Counted from the first letter of the stretch, positions 41,884 through 55,798 are shown. The stretch is DNA of 64,000 nucleotides from Azolla caroliniana (GCA_043228905.1 JBHGNT010000006.1:18042001-18106000), one strand, 5' to 3'. Numbers and translations: made by a program. Notes: generated by a model from the sequence alone, not told the origin.

Positions 41884-44800
41884 ATGATGATGATGTTCGA
41901 GTGGATGCTTCAAGAGCAACGTGCGATGTCCGAGATATCGGCAGCAGTAGAGCGGCTCGTGCAACGGATCGGGCAATTCAACGGAAAGGACGTATCACGC
42001 TATCTTCGGGACTACAAGGCGGAAATGATACGATGTGGGATTTCGGAAGGACTGCAAGTGACATCCTTCAACCGGATAGCTACCGACGGGCTTCAAGCAA
42101 GTATCCATAGGCTACGACAACAAAATCCAATGTGGGAAGCGTTTGAAGAGGCGCTAAAGGCCACGTTCGCTATCGAGGACTCCTCCAAGGCAACGCGGAG
42201 AGGATTTGAGGATTGGGTGGAAACGCCGGAGAAGGGGATGAAGGTCCTCGATGTGTTTTCGGCATTTGAAAGTCGGTTCGGGAGGTTGTCTGTGAGAGAT
42301 CAAGCTATTCTCGCACCGGACAAAGTTATCATGTTCTTACGAGCCGTAGACGTCTGGGACCGGAAGGATCTTGGAGTGCTTCTAGAGGACACGACTACCG
42401 AGAGTGGCCTCACCGAAACATGGGAAAGCATGCGGGATATCGTTGCGCGATACACAAAGAGGGGGCAATGGCTTGCCAACGAAGAAAAGAGGGTTTTGGA
42501 ACCGATTCCGAAACCGAGATCCGGATCGGAAGACTATCAACCGCGGGCTCGAGAGACTACGACCGAGAAGGGAATCGACGCAACCACGGTAGAGCAGTTG
42601 CTGAAAGAAATGGAGAATCTGAAAATCGCGATGGTAAAAAAGTCAGATGACTCTCCCACAAGCTCCAAGTATATGGACCGTCGGTGCATATGGTGTGATA
42701 GCACCAAACATGATCGGAGGGATTGCGACAAGCACAAGGAGGCATTACGACGGGATCTTATCTATCACGAGGGAAATTGGATCCATTCGATGGACTCTTG
42801 GAAGCCACTCCGACCGAACTTCCGGAAAGGTGGCATGAAGAAGGTCCTCAAGGAGGAAATAACGGCGAAAAGCGATTATGCAACAACCGCAGGAATACGT
42901 GTCGGGGAGTCGTCTACAACAAAGACGTCTTTTTGGCCGGAAGTGCTATAAATTTTGAAGAAAGCCGACCATGATGAAATCCGAAGCGCCGCGGAATGTA
43001 TCCGGGAAGCTACGGGATGGGAGTGCGCCATAGATAAGAATAGCATACATGCGCTATGTCAATTGCATGAAGTGTATGTGGATGAAAAACGACGGCGCAC
43101 GGATGATGCGACCGAACCATCAAAGACACCGGAAAGCTGGAGCTCTGGAGGGAAGGGAAAAGAAAAGACGATTCTGGCATTCAAGCTCGCCTCGGACATA
43201 GAACAACAAACGGACTTGAAAAAGGTGTTCGAGGAGAGAATCCTCAATAGCCGGGTAGAATTTTCGCTTTGGGAACTACTCGGAATAGCGAAGAAGGAGT
43301 TCCACGATCTTCTTGTGGATCTCGTGAAGAGAAAAAGACAAAGTACGGAGGAAAATATTGTTTTAATGAATGACACCGAAGTGGAGGACGAGATTCTAAA
43401 CTTCCACTACACAAGGCCACACTGGGCACGTGCAACTACGGAGACTCCGGTCCGAATCGGCAACATCAAAGAGCCCGTGCTAGCATTGATTGATCACGGA
43501 TCAGAGATCAATTTGATGTCCAAGGAGTTCTACCGGAAGGGGAAGTGGCCTATAAACACTAACCATGGATGGAAGATCCGGGCAGCCACTAAAGCAACGA
43601 AAGTTCTATTTGCGGCTTGTCCGAATGTGACGGTGAAGATCGGGGATCTCGAGATCGACCAAAATTTCTTCGTACAAGACGAGGTCTCACATTCCGTGAT
43701 CCTCGGGCAACCCTTTATCACGGCTTCACGGATGGAGACAAAGGTGCTTGATAGCGGTGCGGCTTTCACACGAATTCGGAGCCAAAACGAATGGAAATCT
43801 GTCCAATTCCTAACGGTGCCGGAAAATCATGAAAGGAACAAGAGAGAGCTCTTGTCCCAAACAAGAAGGGATTTTTAGTGAGGACTGTTGCGGAGTGGGG
43901 AAGTGATAGTTCGAGAAGCCCTGATACCCCACACAGGAAGAAACCTCTCGGAGCAAAACAAGTACGAATCGGTCCGGATGGGGCATCCACGTACACGGTC
44001 GTAACCGGACGAATGAAGAAAGAATACCGAAAAGTTGAGGATAAGTTATGGTCAGCATCAATAATAAAAGAAGATGAAGAAATCATGGGAATAGTCGAAG
44101 AACTGTTCTATGAGAGCACGCTACAACGGCTTGAAGAGCTCGTGGAAGATACAAGCCAGGGAAACCGGGTAATTCCGGTGGAATTGGTCGAGATGTACGA
44201 GATCATTGCGAAAATGGGGTCGGATGCGCTCCGCAAAGAAGAAGCAATGGTAAGTACGAAATACAAGACCGTGGAGAAGAAGGTGAAACCAGTTGCAGGA
44301 CCGTTACCCGCCGATAGCAAACAAAAGAGGAAAGAAGTCTCAGGAGATCCGACACTTCAGAGGTCCGTGGATATCGGACATGCCTTCACGGATGAGACCC
44401 GGAAGAAACTTTGGATCGGTGGAGGTGGATTCCTTTTACAAAATGAAGAAGAACTATTCCGTGGGATGTTGGAACAACATGGGAAAGCATTTGCACTCAC
44501 ATCGAAAGAGATAGGGTACGTTGATCCGAAGATAGTGGAGCCGATGGTGATCTTCACGATTGACCATGTCCCGTGGAACCTAAAGCCAATTTCGGTGCCG
44601 CGGGCGCATATTCCAAAAGTCATCGACTTGCTTAAGGTGAAGGTGGCGATGGGGATTCTAGAGCCATCAAACGCTCCGTATTCAAATCGATGGTTTACGG
44701 TTCCGAAGAAGAACGGGTCACTCCGATTTATCCAAGACTTGCAACCGGTGAACAAAGTCACGATCTGGAACTCAGGAGTTGGTCCGATAGTGGACGAATT

Positions 44801-47800
44801 TGTGGAAGCATTTGCCGGTCGTGCGATATACTTCATTGGAGACCTATACTCGGGGTATGACCAATTCCAACTAGCCCTGGAGATCCGAGACATCACTACC
44901 ATGTGGACACCGATAGGATTAGTCCGGATGTGTACGCTACCACAAGGCGCGACGAACTCGGTCGCACATATGATGAATGCAATGAACAAGGTATTTCGAG
45001 ACTGCATTCTGGAGATAACGATGTCGTTCCTAGATGACATTCCGATGAAAGGATGCGCGATAGAAGAAAAAGATGAAACTATGGATAATCGAGGATGCCG
45101 AAAGTTCGTAGTCAACCATATTCGCGATTGCGAGAAAGTGCTTCGAAAGTTAGAAGATGTGCACCTAACACTTTCCGGAGAGAAATCGACATTCGGGCAA
45201 GAAGAAATATTGGTAGTCGGACATCTATGTGGGCCCTAAGGCCGAAGACCGTCACTGACCAAGATCGATGCAATTCAAGCTATGAAAGAAATATATGAGT
45301 CACAATCTGAAGTCCGAAGGTTTCTCGGAGCATGTGCATTCTATCACATATGGATTCCGCACTATGCACATATTGCAGACCCACTCTATCACTTGTTGTG
45401 GAAGGGTAAGAAGTTCGAATAGAAACCGGAGCATACCAAAGCCGTGAAGAAGCTCAAGAAATCACTACGGAGGGCAAAAGCACTAAAGAAGCCGAACTAT
45501 GACCAACCGGTCATAGTAACGGTTGACACAAGTCCAACCGGAATCGGTTGGGTATTCAATCAAGCCGATCCGGATGGTTCGCGATATCCGATCCGATTCG
45601 GAGGAAAGGTTCTCAACGAAAGGCAACGCGGATATGCACAAGTCAAAAGAGAATTATGGGGAGTCATGTCGGCAATCAAATCGGATAGAGATTATTTGAT
45701 CGGAGCCGAAGTAGTGATTGAAACGGATTGTCTTCCGATACCCGGGATGATGCAATGTTGCACGATACCGGATGTGGCTATGCTAAGGTGGATTGCATAT
45801 GTTAAGTCACTTAATCCGGAGGTACGACACATCTCCAGAAAAGACAACGCGGTAGCAGATATGCTATCAAGGGCGCAGTTCGAAGATGACATAACCGAAT
45901 CCGATAATGAACAAGTTTCCGAAGACTACTTTGCTTCGGAGCACATATGTCGGGTGAACGTAATCCGAGAATTCCGGGAAGAAGAATACGAGGGAGAAAG
46001 CTTGCTGATCGGGAAAGTGCTACAAGAAATCGAGGAATCATCAAACAATAAAGAGAAGAGAGCCGAGATCCGAAGTAAGAAGCGGCTAGTCCGAAAGTTC
46101 TTCTTGAAAAATGGAATAATATGGAGGGAGCCGAAAAGACCAGATGGCATACCACTTCGGGTAGTCGGGACGTAAGAGCAACGAAACCGGATAATGTCCG
46201 AATTTCACGAATCCGATTGGGCTAGACATCGAGGAACATGGGCAACTTTTGTGAAAATCAAACAAAAATATTGGTGGAAGAACATGTACAAAGATATAGC
46301 GGAGTTCACGGAAAGTTGCAAGAAGTGTCAAATCTACTCCGGAGTTTGACACCGAGATGAGTTACATCCGACATTCTCACCGACAATCAACTTCAAATGG
46401 ATGGTCGATATTGTAGCCATGCCAACCGGGATCAGACAAAAGAAGTACTTGGTGTTAGCTCAGGAAGATCTCACAAACCAAGTAGAAGGTCGGGCGCTAC
46501 GAAGGAAAACGTGTTCTATAGTATGCCAATTTCTATTGGAGGAGGTGTTTTGAAGGTACGGGTGCGTAGGACAAGTGATTGCAGATCGGGGAGAACTCGA
46601 CTCTGATAAAGCTAAGGAATTCTTCACCAAACATGGAGTTCGGTTAACACTGACAACAACATACAATCCGGAAGCCAACGGGAAGATCGAACGAGGACAT
46701 AGTCCGATTGTCAAAGCACTTGCAAAGGCATGTGATGGAAGGGTGAAGGATTGGCTGCAGATGCTTCCGTATGCACTATGGGCGGATCGGACGACGCATA
46801 GCTCCAGAACCGGTTACATGCCGGCAGAACTCATGACCGGACAAGCACCGGTAATGCCAATGGAAACCGCGATCGCGACATGGACGGTGCTACCATGGAA
46901 GGAAGAGATGGGCTGGGAAGAGCTACTAGCGGTCTGAATACGACAACTAGAGGGAAGACCGGAAGACATAGCAGAAGCAATACGCTGTCGTGCCTTGCGG
47001 CTCTGGATCGTTGCGCGAGTTGGGTGGGAACCGCTGGGGTTTTGGACTAGGAGGAAAGAAAATTCTAAGGCAATTAAGAATATGAAATATATTGTAAGAA
47101 AGAAAGATATGAAAAACTCGTGAATCCCACGAGTATAGTGTATTAGTGAGTACTCAAATTAAGAGAGGAAAAATAGTTAGCAAACTCGTGGATCCCACGA
47201 TTATATTATATTAATCAACCCTTGTAAAAATAATCAACAACCTCTATACATCTTTCTCTCTTCCTTATATAGTGTTGGAAGAGTCTAAGTTTATCACATG
47301 CAAGCATCATGCTTTTCCTATTTTTAGTTTTCATGCACACTGCATGTGCATGATTAGCTTTCTATCTCATCTTTTCTTTTAACTCGAGTGTCTATGCATG
47401 AATAACTTTTTGTACCATGCATGTCTAAAAATTTTACATGGGATAAAGTTTAGTATAACTTTAAAATTCATAATACGCTAGTATAATGATAAGGTTTAAC
47501 ATTATTAACATGGAGGTGCAAGGTTCGATTCTTGCCCTATGCATGTAATATATAATTTTATACTTTCTTCTATTTACAAATATGTCTCTTCATCTCACCG
47601 GCCTTCTTCATCGAGCTCTTGCCGGTTCTGCTTCATCCGGTTCTCGCCGGTTTTCTTTATCCGGTTCTTACCGGATCCTTCTTACTGGTCCTCTTCGTCC
47701 ATTTCTCACCGACTCTCACCGGCCTTCTTCATCCAGCTCTTGCCGGTCTCCTTACCGGTTTCGGTCCTCACGGGTTCTTCCTTCTAGTTCTCACTGGGTA

Positions 47801-48243
47801 CTCCATATCCTATCCGGAGAAACCAAAAATGTAATTTTTCATGTAGTGTGCGAATTACACTACGACAATGCCGACAACCAGAAGCGCGATTCCGGAATAA
47901 AAGCCGGTTCGACACAAAGCACCGACTACGACTGTGAAAGTTTGAAGAAGGAGATTGGGTGATTGTCTACGATAGTAGTTTGGATCATCAACATACAACG
48001 ATGCGGAAGTTCGCGAAAAGGTGGTTTGGGCCATACGAGGTTCGGAAAGTTTTCGACAACGGAACTTACCGACTATGCGAGTTGGATGGAACGATGCTAC
48101 CAGTGCCTATAGTCGGGAAACAGGTGAAGATTTTCAAGAAGTGGATTGATGAAGAACCCTATGTGATCCTAGAGAAGACCGACAAGAAGGAGCAATCGGA
48201 CGAAGATCGCGGTGATGTGGAAAGCGAAGAAAGTGTATTATAA
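41884..48243 (+). pseudogene. Decayed gag-protease / pol of the tRNA-Trp-primed gypsy element
   Basis: CIWCDSTKHDRRDC knuckle, LIDHGSE protease, FLDD RT, VDTS RNase H, IADRG...YNPEANGKIER integrase, WFGPY; multiple stops; no chromodomain. Confidence 0.88.
46986..47867 (-). mobile_element. Solo LTR related to the 30903/48354 LTR family, inserted antisense in integrase
   Basis: TGTCG...CGACA termini; reverse complement aligns with 30903-31572; 4-bp TSD ACGC/ATGC; its removal restores EAIR|RQPEARFRNK. Confidence 0.88.
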
Positions 48244-48859
48244 CTCATAGTCGACTTAAGGGGAGAATCGGAGGAAGCTTCGAATGAAGGTGAATAGCAA
48301 GCATCGGGGACTTCGGCACATACCGGAGGATGTGCGGGTTCGGAGGGGGCGAGTGTCATAGTGTGAATCACACATTACGTGAAATATGTAAAATACTATA
48401 TCCGATTTAAAGTACGTATAATAAATAAAATAAAATATTAAAAATATTTATTACATACATAGGGTAAGATTCAAACCTTGTACCTCCACGTAAACAAACC
48501 CCAACCTTACCATTGTACTAACTTATCCTAAGTGTTCTAAATATAGATTTATTACGTATAAGACCTTTATTTACGCCTACCTTTATTAAAAGATAAGACA
48601 TGCATTTTTTAGGATACGTGAATACATTATTTATAAGAAAAATGTACACCAATAAAAAAGTACTCGTGCACATCTAGCGAGCATGAGCACTATATTTAGG
48701 AAATAAAAGCATAGTGTAAAAAGGCAACTCATGCACATTTAGTGTGCATGAACAGTTTAGAAAAAGCATGAAGCTATGCTTAGCCTCTTCCATCCTTATA
48801 TAAGGAGGAGAGAAAGATGTATGGGGGTTGTTGATTATTTTTACAAGGATTAAACCATG

Positions 48860-50485
48860 TAATGACAGCCTTGCAACAACTTCAACTCGAAAATGAAATC
48901 CTTCGGGAATCATTACGGGAGTTTCAATCCATCACATCAAGAAACCCACCACTTGCCGAGACACAACCACCATCGGCACCTAGCCCAACCACTTTCTCTT
49001 CCCATCCATATGTCCTCGAACCCACCGTCAACCTACCCGACAAATTCAACGGCACGAGGGTGCATCTTCGTGGCTTCATCAATCAAATTCGGTTGATCAT
49101 CTTATTACAGCCCCAACGGTATGCTAATGATTTTTCTCAAGGTTGGCCTCATCAGCACCCTTCTCTACGGGTCAGCGCAAGCATGGTTTACACCCGTGGT
49201 CGAGATATCATCCCCTCTCTTAGAAAACTTCACCGCTTTCCTTGCTGAGGTCGAAGCTACATTTGGCGAGACAGATCGACGACGGATGACACTCACGAAG
49301 CTCTATTCCTTCCAACAAGGCTCACGTCCAGCCTCTGTCTATGCTTCAGAGTTCCACTAGATTGCTTACGATGTTAGTTAGGATGATCAAGCCTTATGCG
49401 ACCATTTTTGTCGTGGTCTCCCAAACGATGTCAAGACTCTTCTCTTGAACTTTTCGGAGCCCACATCATTGTCTCAAGTAATCTCCCAAGTTGTCCAATG
49501 TTATAATCGTCTGTTTGAACTTCGTCAAGAAGAACATGGGACTCGCGGATTTTAGTCTTCCTCCCGAAACGCGTCAATAGCCAAGCCCTATGTCTTAGTT
49601 TCTCCCCCCACTCCAACCTTATCATCACCCAATGATACTCATCCTACGATGGAGGTCAATTCCCATACTCCGATGGAGATCGACCATGCTCTGTTCCAAC
49701 CACTAACTAATGCCCAACGCCAACATCGTCACAACAATGACCTCTGTCTCTATTGTGGTAACCCTGGCCATGTAATCCGCCACTGCCCCATGTGGGGCCC
49801 CCGACACCAATTCCACTGTGCACGACTTGCGGAGGTTCCTCGACAACAGGAAAATGACCAAGTCTGACTGCAGTAGGAGCCATGCAGCTGGACACTTCTT
49901 GTTACCCACCTTCTTCATGCTCCTACAAGTCCGTTCCACCATTAGGAGGGTTTTCTTTGCAAGTAAGTCTTTGTTTCGGGTCGCCATCAATACATTCTCA
50001 TGCTTTGCTTGACTCCGGAGCATCCACTTGTTTTATCGATATATCATTTGTTCGCGCACATAATATCCCCACCATCCGCACCTCACAACCCATATCTGTT
50101 GAAGCAATTGACGGTCGGGTTCTCTCTTCGGGGGCGGTTACAGAAGTCATTATGCCGTTGGTACTTCAAGTCGGGGCCCACCATGAGGTACTAACCTTCT
50201 CCCTCATCGCAACCCCCCGACATCCAATTGTTTTGGGGCTATCTTGGTTGGAGGCACATAATTCGATAGCGGATAGGTGCAATCACTCCATCACTTTTCC
50301 GGTGCGGCCGATTCCGGTTGGGTCAGTACATTCTCTTGATTCCGGTGTGATCGACTCCAGCTTGGTCACTACACTGGCCGTTTTGTCGCGGGACATCTCC
50401 GTTCCTATCAACAATTTGCCTGCACGATATAGCAACTTTTCGGATATATTCGAGAAGCACAATGCAAATCGGTTACCCACACATG
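48860..50485 (+). pseudogene. Truncated chromovirus gag-protease relic (related to family 2)
   Basis: LPDKFNGTR, GSAQAWF, TPMEID, CLYCGNPGHVIRHC, LLDSGA; stops and frameshifts; ends before RT. Confidence 0.85.
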
Positions 50486-51471
50486 ATCACAGTTTCTTTT
50501 AAAATAAGGAAACTTGGAACACATCATACACTTATTATTATCTCTACTCATTTTCTTTTCACATCGTATAATGATTAATGTGACTAAATGTTACCATTGT
50601 TAAGTTATCACAAATATGAGTGACATAGATTTCCAATTACTGGCGAATGTTTGGTTAAAATTTCCATTATGGAATACTACGAACAACCTTGAGCATGGGC
50701 TCTGAGGATATGATTTAACCTTCATGTACTAGTTTACTTCATTACAAGATATATTTTGTCCTACTTGTCTATGGTTTCCCACATTGACACCTCATCAACT
50801 TATATGGTCACATTGAACAATTGTTACTCTTGATTTTGTGAACTCTAAGAATACATGTTAGGATAAACTCACAACTTGGGAGTAGTCATTGACTATATAT
50901 GATAGAACAAATCTAGTTAAATCTAGATAAATCTAATTAATAGTAATGTGCATCTCTTCCGAGATATCTCAAAAAATAAAATTATGTAAGTCCTAATTTA
51001 CTTTTAAAGACATGTCTTGGGAGAGAAGACCAACAATTAATCAATGATTGTGTTCGTATAGACGTACAATATATTGGGCATCCTAAATAAACAAAGAAAA
51101 GTTGGAACGAGAGCATTATTGCCAAGAGAAAGAATGAAGATATTGTAGGTTTTATTATGCAAATACTATATTTTAGAGGAAAGATTAATGGCCAAAGTCA
51201 CATTGAGGGCCTTGTCCTATTTCTTAATCAATATCCTCATTACTCTATTATGTCATCTGCTCGAGCATTAAAAAATAGTGAATTAATTCCAATATTTCAT
51301 CCATATGTAATGAATCACAATCAGGGCAAGAATTTGACGAGTGTCATGCCCGTCTAAGGCCATTTTGCCCGTCAAAAACATACACCCAATAAAAATGTCT
51401 GTCAAGTGACATATAAACTTACAATTTTCATTTTTCATGCGAAAGGCGCCCAAAAATTATCTATGTATGTA

Positions 51472-51497
51472 TGTACGTATGTATGTATGTATGTATG

Positions 51498-51543
<46 letters not shown>
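51472..51543. repeat. (TATG)n(TA)n microsatellite
   Basis: Directly visible. Confidence 0.95.
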
Positions 51544-51551
<8 letters not shown>

Positions 51552-52770
51552 TTGGGCAAAGGTTGAATTGGGAGTCGAGACTTTTGTCGGCCAACGGCAA
51601 CCATTATGGATAGCCGGAATCGATTCCAGCTAGGATTTCCGACCAATTGGAATCTAGCCGGATGAGCCGGATATTTCTATAGTATATGAAAATATTTATA
51701 TTGTATATTTCTTCCAATTTTTCATTCCCAAATTCCCCCCTCTTTCTATTTCCCCCCTGTTTTCTCTTTTCTTGCTTCCTTCTTCACGCGCTGCTCGTTG
51801 CTTTCCTTCATCGCAACTCCTTGTTCCTTGGTTGTTACCCATTGCTCCCGGCTTGCTCACTACTCATTGCTCCCTGTCGCTTCTTGGTGATTGCACGACA
51901 TCTGTTGTTTGCCACTACACCACTCTGAAGTATGTATTTTGTCTCTTTTTTTCTCTTTCTCTCTATTTTCTTTGTTTTTCTCTTTTATTGAATCTCTTTT
52001 CTTTGAAGATTGCTCATGAGAAGCATGTATGACAAAGTGGAATGCATTTTCTTTTATTCCCACAAAAATCTACAATAGGAGAAGGACTAAGCAATTAGAG
52101 TGATTAGTTACATATGTTTGGCCAATATGGACTTATTGAAAGCCATAGAAAGCATGGAGGAGGTGAGATAGGTCTGATTGTTGATTGGATGAACTATTAA
52201 TATGCACAAGTGATGCTAGAGGAATTTTAGGATACTCTAGGAGGTATTTTGAAAATTGGAGGTTAATTTGGTCGATTGAATCTTAATATTGGGGATATTT
52301 TGATTCTTAGAATTAGTGATAAGATTTTTTGTATTTACTCTATTGTATGCTATAAGTCATCGAGTACAATAAGCACATCTTATTGTCACACATCACACAT
52401 CATACAAGTACATATTGTATTATATGAGTTAACAAAACTTTGATAGAGAACAAATATCTTGTAGATGGTATGCTCATTTGGCCATATGAGCTTAGCGAAG
52501 AGGTTTATGACACTAATGCACGAGTAGTTGGGAACAATATGTACATGAGCATGCATGCAAGGAAATTTATATGCAATATCCAAATTTCTTAGGTTATGCA
52601 TGTAAATTGAAGAAGGCATTGTATGTATTACCAACAATGAACATCAAGTGCTTAATTACGCATGGATTTGAAATATCAAAGTTTGGGTATATGTTAGTTA
52701 GTACAATGGAATCATTCTCATTGTGAATTGTGCGGATGTTTATATCCTTGAATTTTTCCTATTAAATTAA

Positions 52771-53620
52771 TGGGCTTGGTTCTCTTTGTCCAAAAATGAA
52801 AATGTGTCTATTTCTCTCTAGTTTGATCTTGTCAGCCGTCGGCCATCTCAGCGTCTTTGAAAGACATTAATATCTCTCTCTCTCTCTTTCACATAGTGTG
52901 TGTTTACTACAAAGTAGTAACTCTCTTCCACATCTAGAGTTTTAACTTTTTACTCCATGCCACACCAAATATTTCATATATCTATTTGTACAACTCTAGA
53001 GAAATTACGAGAAATGTTAAATACTCATGTTTCTTAAAATATTCAAGCATTCATCATTTTGAAAGAGCGAGTTACTAACGCAGTTATTTGGTACATTATG
53101 GGTTGCATAAAAATACAAGATAAATCGTGATGATGGTAGATAGTTAACCTATATAATTTTCCAGCTGGCTATGGATATGTCCCCATCCCCCGGAACTAAC
53201 ATATGAAACTCTTATTATTAAAAGCATGGGCTTGGTTATCCTTGTCCAAAAATGAAAAGGTGAGTGTCTTTCTCTCTAGTTTGGTCTTGTAGGCCATCTT
53301 TGACTCTTTAAAAGACATTAATATATCTCCCTCTCTTCCACATAGAGAGTGTTTAGTACAAAGTAGTAACGCTGTGGCACATACAAAGTTTTTAGTACAT
53401 GCCATACCAAATAATTCCTATATGTATTTGTACAACTATAGAGAAATTATATAAGGAAATGTTAAAATTTTGAGTTTGGGAGCTCATGTTTCTTAGAATA
53501 TTCAAGCAATCATCATTTTGAAAGAGCAAATAAATCTTGAAGATGGACAGTTATCTATACAAGATGTCTATGGATATGTCCCCATCCGTCACAACAAAAA
53601 TATGGAACTCTTAGTATTCA
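52771..53620. repeat. Diverged tandem duplication, two ~400-450 bp units
   Basis: TGGGCTTGGTT...TTGTCCAAAAATGAAAA at 52771 and 53227; CTATGGATATGTCCCCATCC at 53169 and 53568. Confidence 0.8.
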
Positions 53621-53713
53621 ATGGATGGCATAGTATGTAGAGCAAGTTATAAATGGCCCCAATAAACTGTGACTTGGGGCCAGTTCCTGCATAGCAGCAA
53701 TAAAAATATATAC

Positions 53714-53718
<5 letters not shown>

Positions 53719-53754
<36 letters not shown>
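53719..53754. repeat. (CA)n microsatellite
   Basis: Directly visible. Confidence 0.95.
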
Positions 53755-53761
<7 letters not shown>

Positions 53762-55316
53762 GTAGATCCTATGCAGGAACGGCGGTAAATTCCTTGTAAT
53801 CCTAGTAGTGTGACACTACTTAAATGCCCTAAAATACAAATTAACAAACCATGATTATGCTCATACTTCATACCTCCTGATGATAAACGGCCGATTCATA
53901 CTTACAACCTTGGGGGGAGCCAGATCCTTAGTAATCGAATGTGCTGAAGTTGTAGACTAGAGCAGATTAGAGTAGAAGAGCACGGCAGCGAGTGATTGTG
54001 AAGCCGCGAGGTCATCCGCAACTCATAGAAGAAGCAGGTATCATGGCAGCTCGATCTCCTGGACGAGGTCTACAATAGATCATCACAAAAGGGCATGAAT
54101 AAGATCAGAATCAGTGTGTCAGTATATGTAGGCTGGGTGATTCTGATGTTAAGAATTTGCCTCATTGTTGTTTGATGATCCTTTGCAGACATCAGGCAGG
54201 AGCTGGAGGGGCCACGATACGTGCTGCTACTCTTGTATATGGTCGACAGTACCATGGGTGTGGTGTGTCTAGACTCTAAATAGGAGCAGATGCAGATACA
54301 TACATACATAGATGGGCACACGAGAAAAGTGACCCCTTGGGCATGCAAGAATATTGCTTTTTCGATCCCATCCCACACAATAAATAAATAATGTCTCCAT
54401 TACCCCCTCCCCACATCTTTTCCTTCACACTATCTCTACTTCTTCTACTAGGTGCTAATCCTTACCACCTCATCACGTGGTCATCCATCCTATCCCCCCC
54501 TCCCCTTCGACGTCCAACCTTTATATGTAAAAGAATCTCTTTTTTGGGTGCGCCAATTCCCCTTCCCCATCCAATCTATTGATTGCTCTCCGAAAACGTC
54601 TACTATATCTAACTCACGCCTCATAATTGCGGTATGTTGCATGCTGCTTCGTGAGACGTGTATCATGTAATATATATACATATATATATATATTGGGGCA
54701 TGACTTCGATATTGTTAAAGTTAAAGTTTCTTGGATAGTAATATAAAAAATGTAGCCCCACTTGGTCGCTTCCTCTTTGGGTTCGAACGTTGATAAAAAC
54801 AAATCACCATGTGTATTGCAATTTGACTTTGTGATGCGCAATAAATTAGCCATTCTATGAAAATTTCATATAAACTATCCAACTAGTAGAAAACGTGTGC
54901 ACCGAAATTATGGTGGCAATTGAAATCTCTCGAGTTGAAAAGAGTAAGATATCATGTAACTTTGTGGGTCCTACACAAGAATTGTTAGATATGACAAAAT
55001 CTATTAAGTTGAATGGATAACCGAAAGAAGAAGAAGATGTGAAGTCACAATCCCCTTTTTCTATGGAAAGGGGGATTTGCTGAACAACACCATGTTGGTT
55101 GTTGCGACCCGAGAAACTAAGGAGCTACATGGTGCTTGCCTAAATGTAAATGTGACAGTAAGAGATGTGGATATTGACCAACATTTCTTCATGCAAGAGA
55201 CATCCTCTAACCCATCATATTGGGAGAGCCATAAATTACAACAAATTGTATGGAGTTAGGCAATGATGGCACATTGCAATCTAGCCCGACTGCAATGTTT
55301 CCTGTAAAAGGAAATG

Positions 55317-55798
55317 TGTTGAAGCGCATGTGACACACTGAGTACACAGTCGGTTATCCGGAAGTACAACAGTTAGGAAAGCACAGAGAATGGAGATACA
55401 TAGTATGAGAGAGAGACTAAGAGAGCAGACAACAAAACTTCAATTATCAAAATAATCAACACTTTGTACATGGAATGTGCTTAGTGAGCACTATTTATAC
55501 AAGTCTTAAAAAGGACTGACAGAAGTACTAACAAGTACTTCAATGCTCTTAAAAGAACCTCCAACACTAACTGCCTATACTAGGCCTATTTACTAGAATA
55601 GGTCTAATAAGCACGTGTGACGTTTCAGATCGGCTTCCACGGTCGCTTCGTCATCCGGATCCGGTATCCGGCTTCTTCAGCCAATCCGGCATCTGGTCCA
55701 GAACCTAGGCTGGAGCGCCTAGCCAACTGGATCGATTCCAATCTGGCCTAACTGATGTTGCAGCCGGTCCGGCCCATGTTGAGCTTGCTCGCTCAACA
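55317..55798 (-). mobile_element. Probable isolated LTR
   Basis: TGTTGA...TCAACA termini; TATAAATA on the minus strand near 55492-55499; no matching TSD. Confidence 0.5.

Larger units (their letters stand above)
30903..48851 (+). mobile_element. Decayed non-chromovirus Ty3/gypsy element with tRNA-Trp PBS, hosting a NUMT, a chromovirus and a solo LTR
   Basis: 5' LTR 30903-31572; PBS TGATGAACCCGACGTGAA at 31577-31594; gag-pro-pol 41800-48243; PPT GGAGGGGGCGAG 48342-48353; truncated 3' LTR 48354-~48851 that aligns with the 5' LTR. Confidence 0.8.

Noticed and set aside
44357-45115. 252-aa antisense ORF and similar shadow ORFs over RT regions
   Set aside because: Explained by codon structure of the opposite-strand pol frame; no independent motifs.
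47585-47810. CCGG-rich repeats as a CRISPR-like array
   Set aside because: Degenerate tandem repeats inside an LTR, with no constant repeat/unique spacer structure and no cas genes; eukaryotic context.
51320-51380. Possible DNA-transposon terminal inverted repeat (TTTGACG...CGTCAAA)
   Set aside because: No partner TIR, TSD or transposase found.
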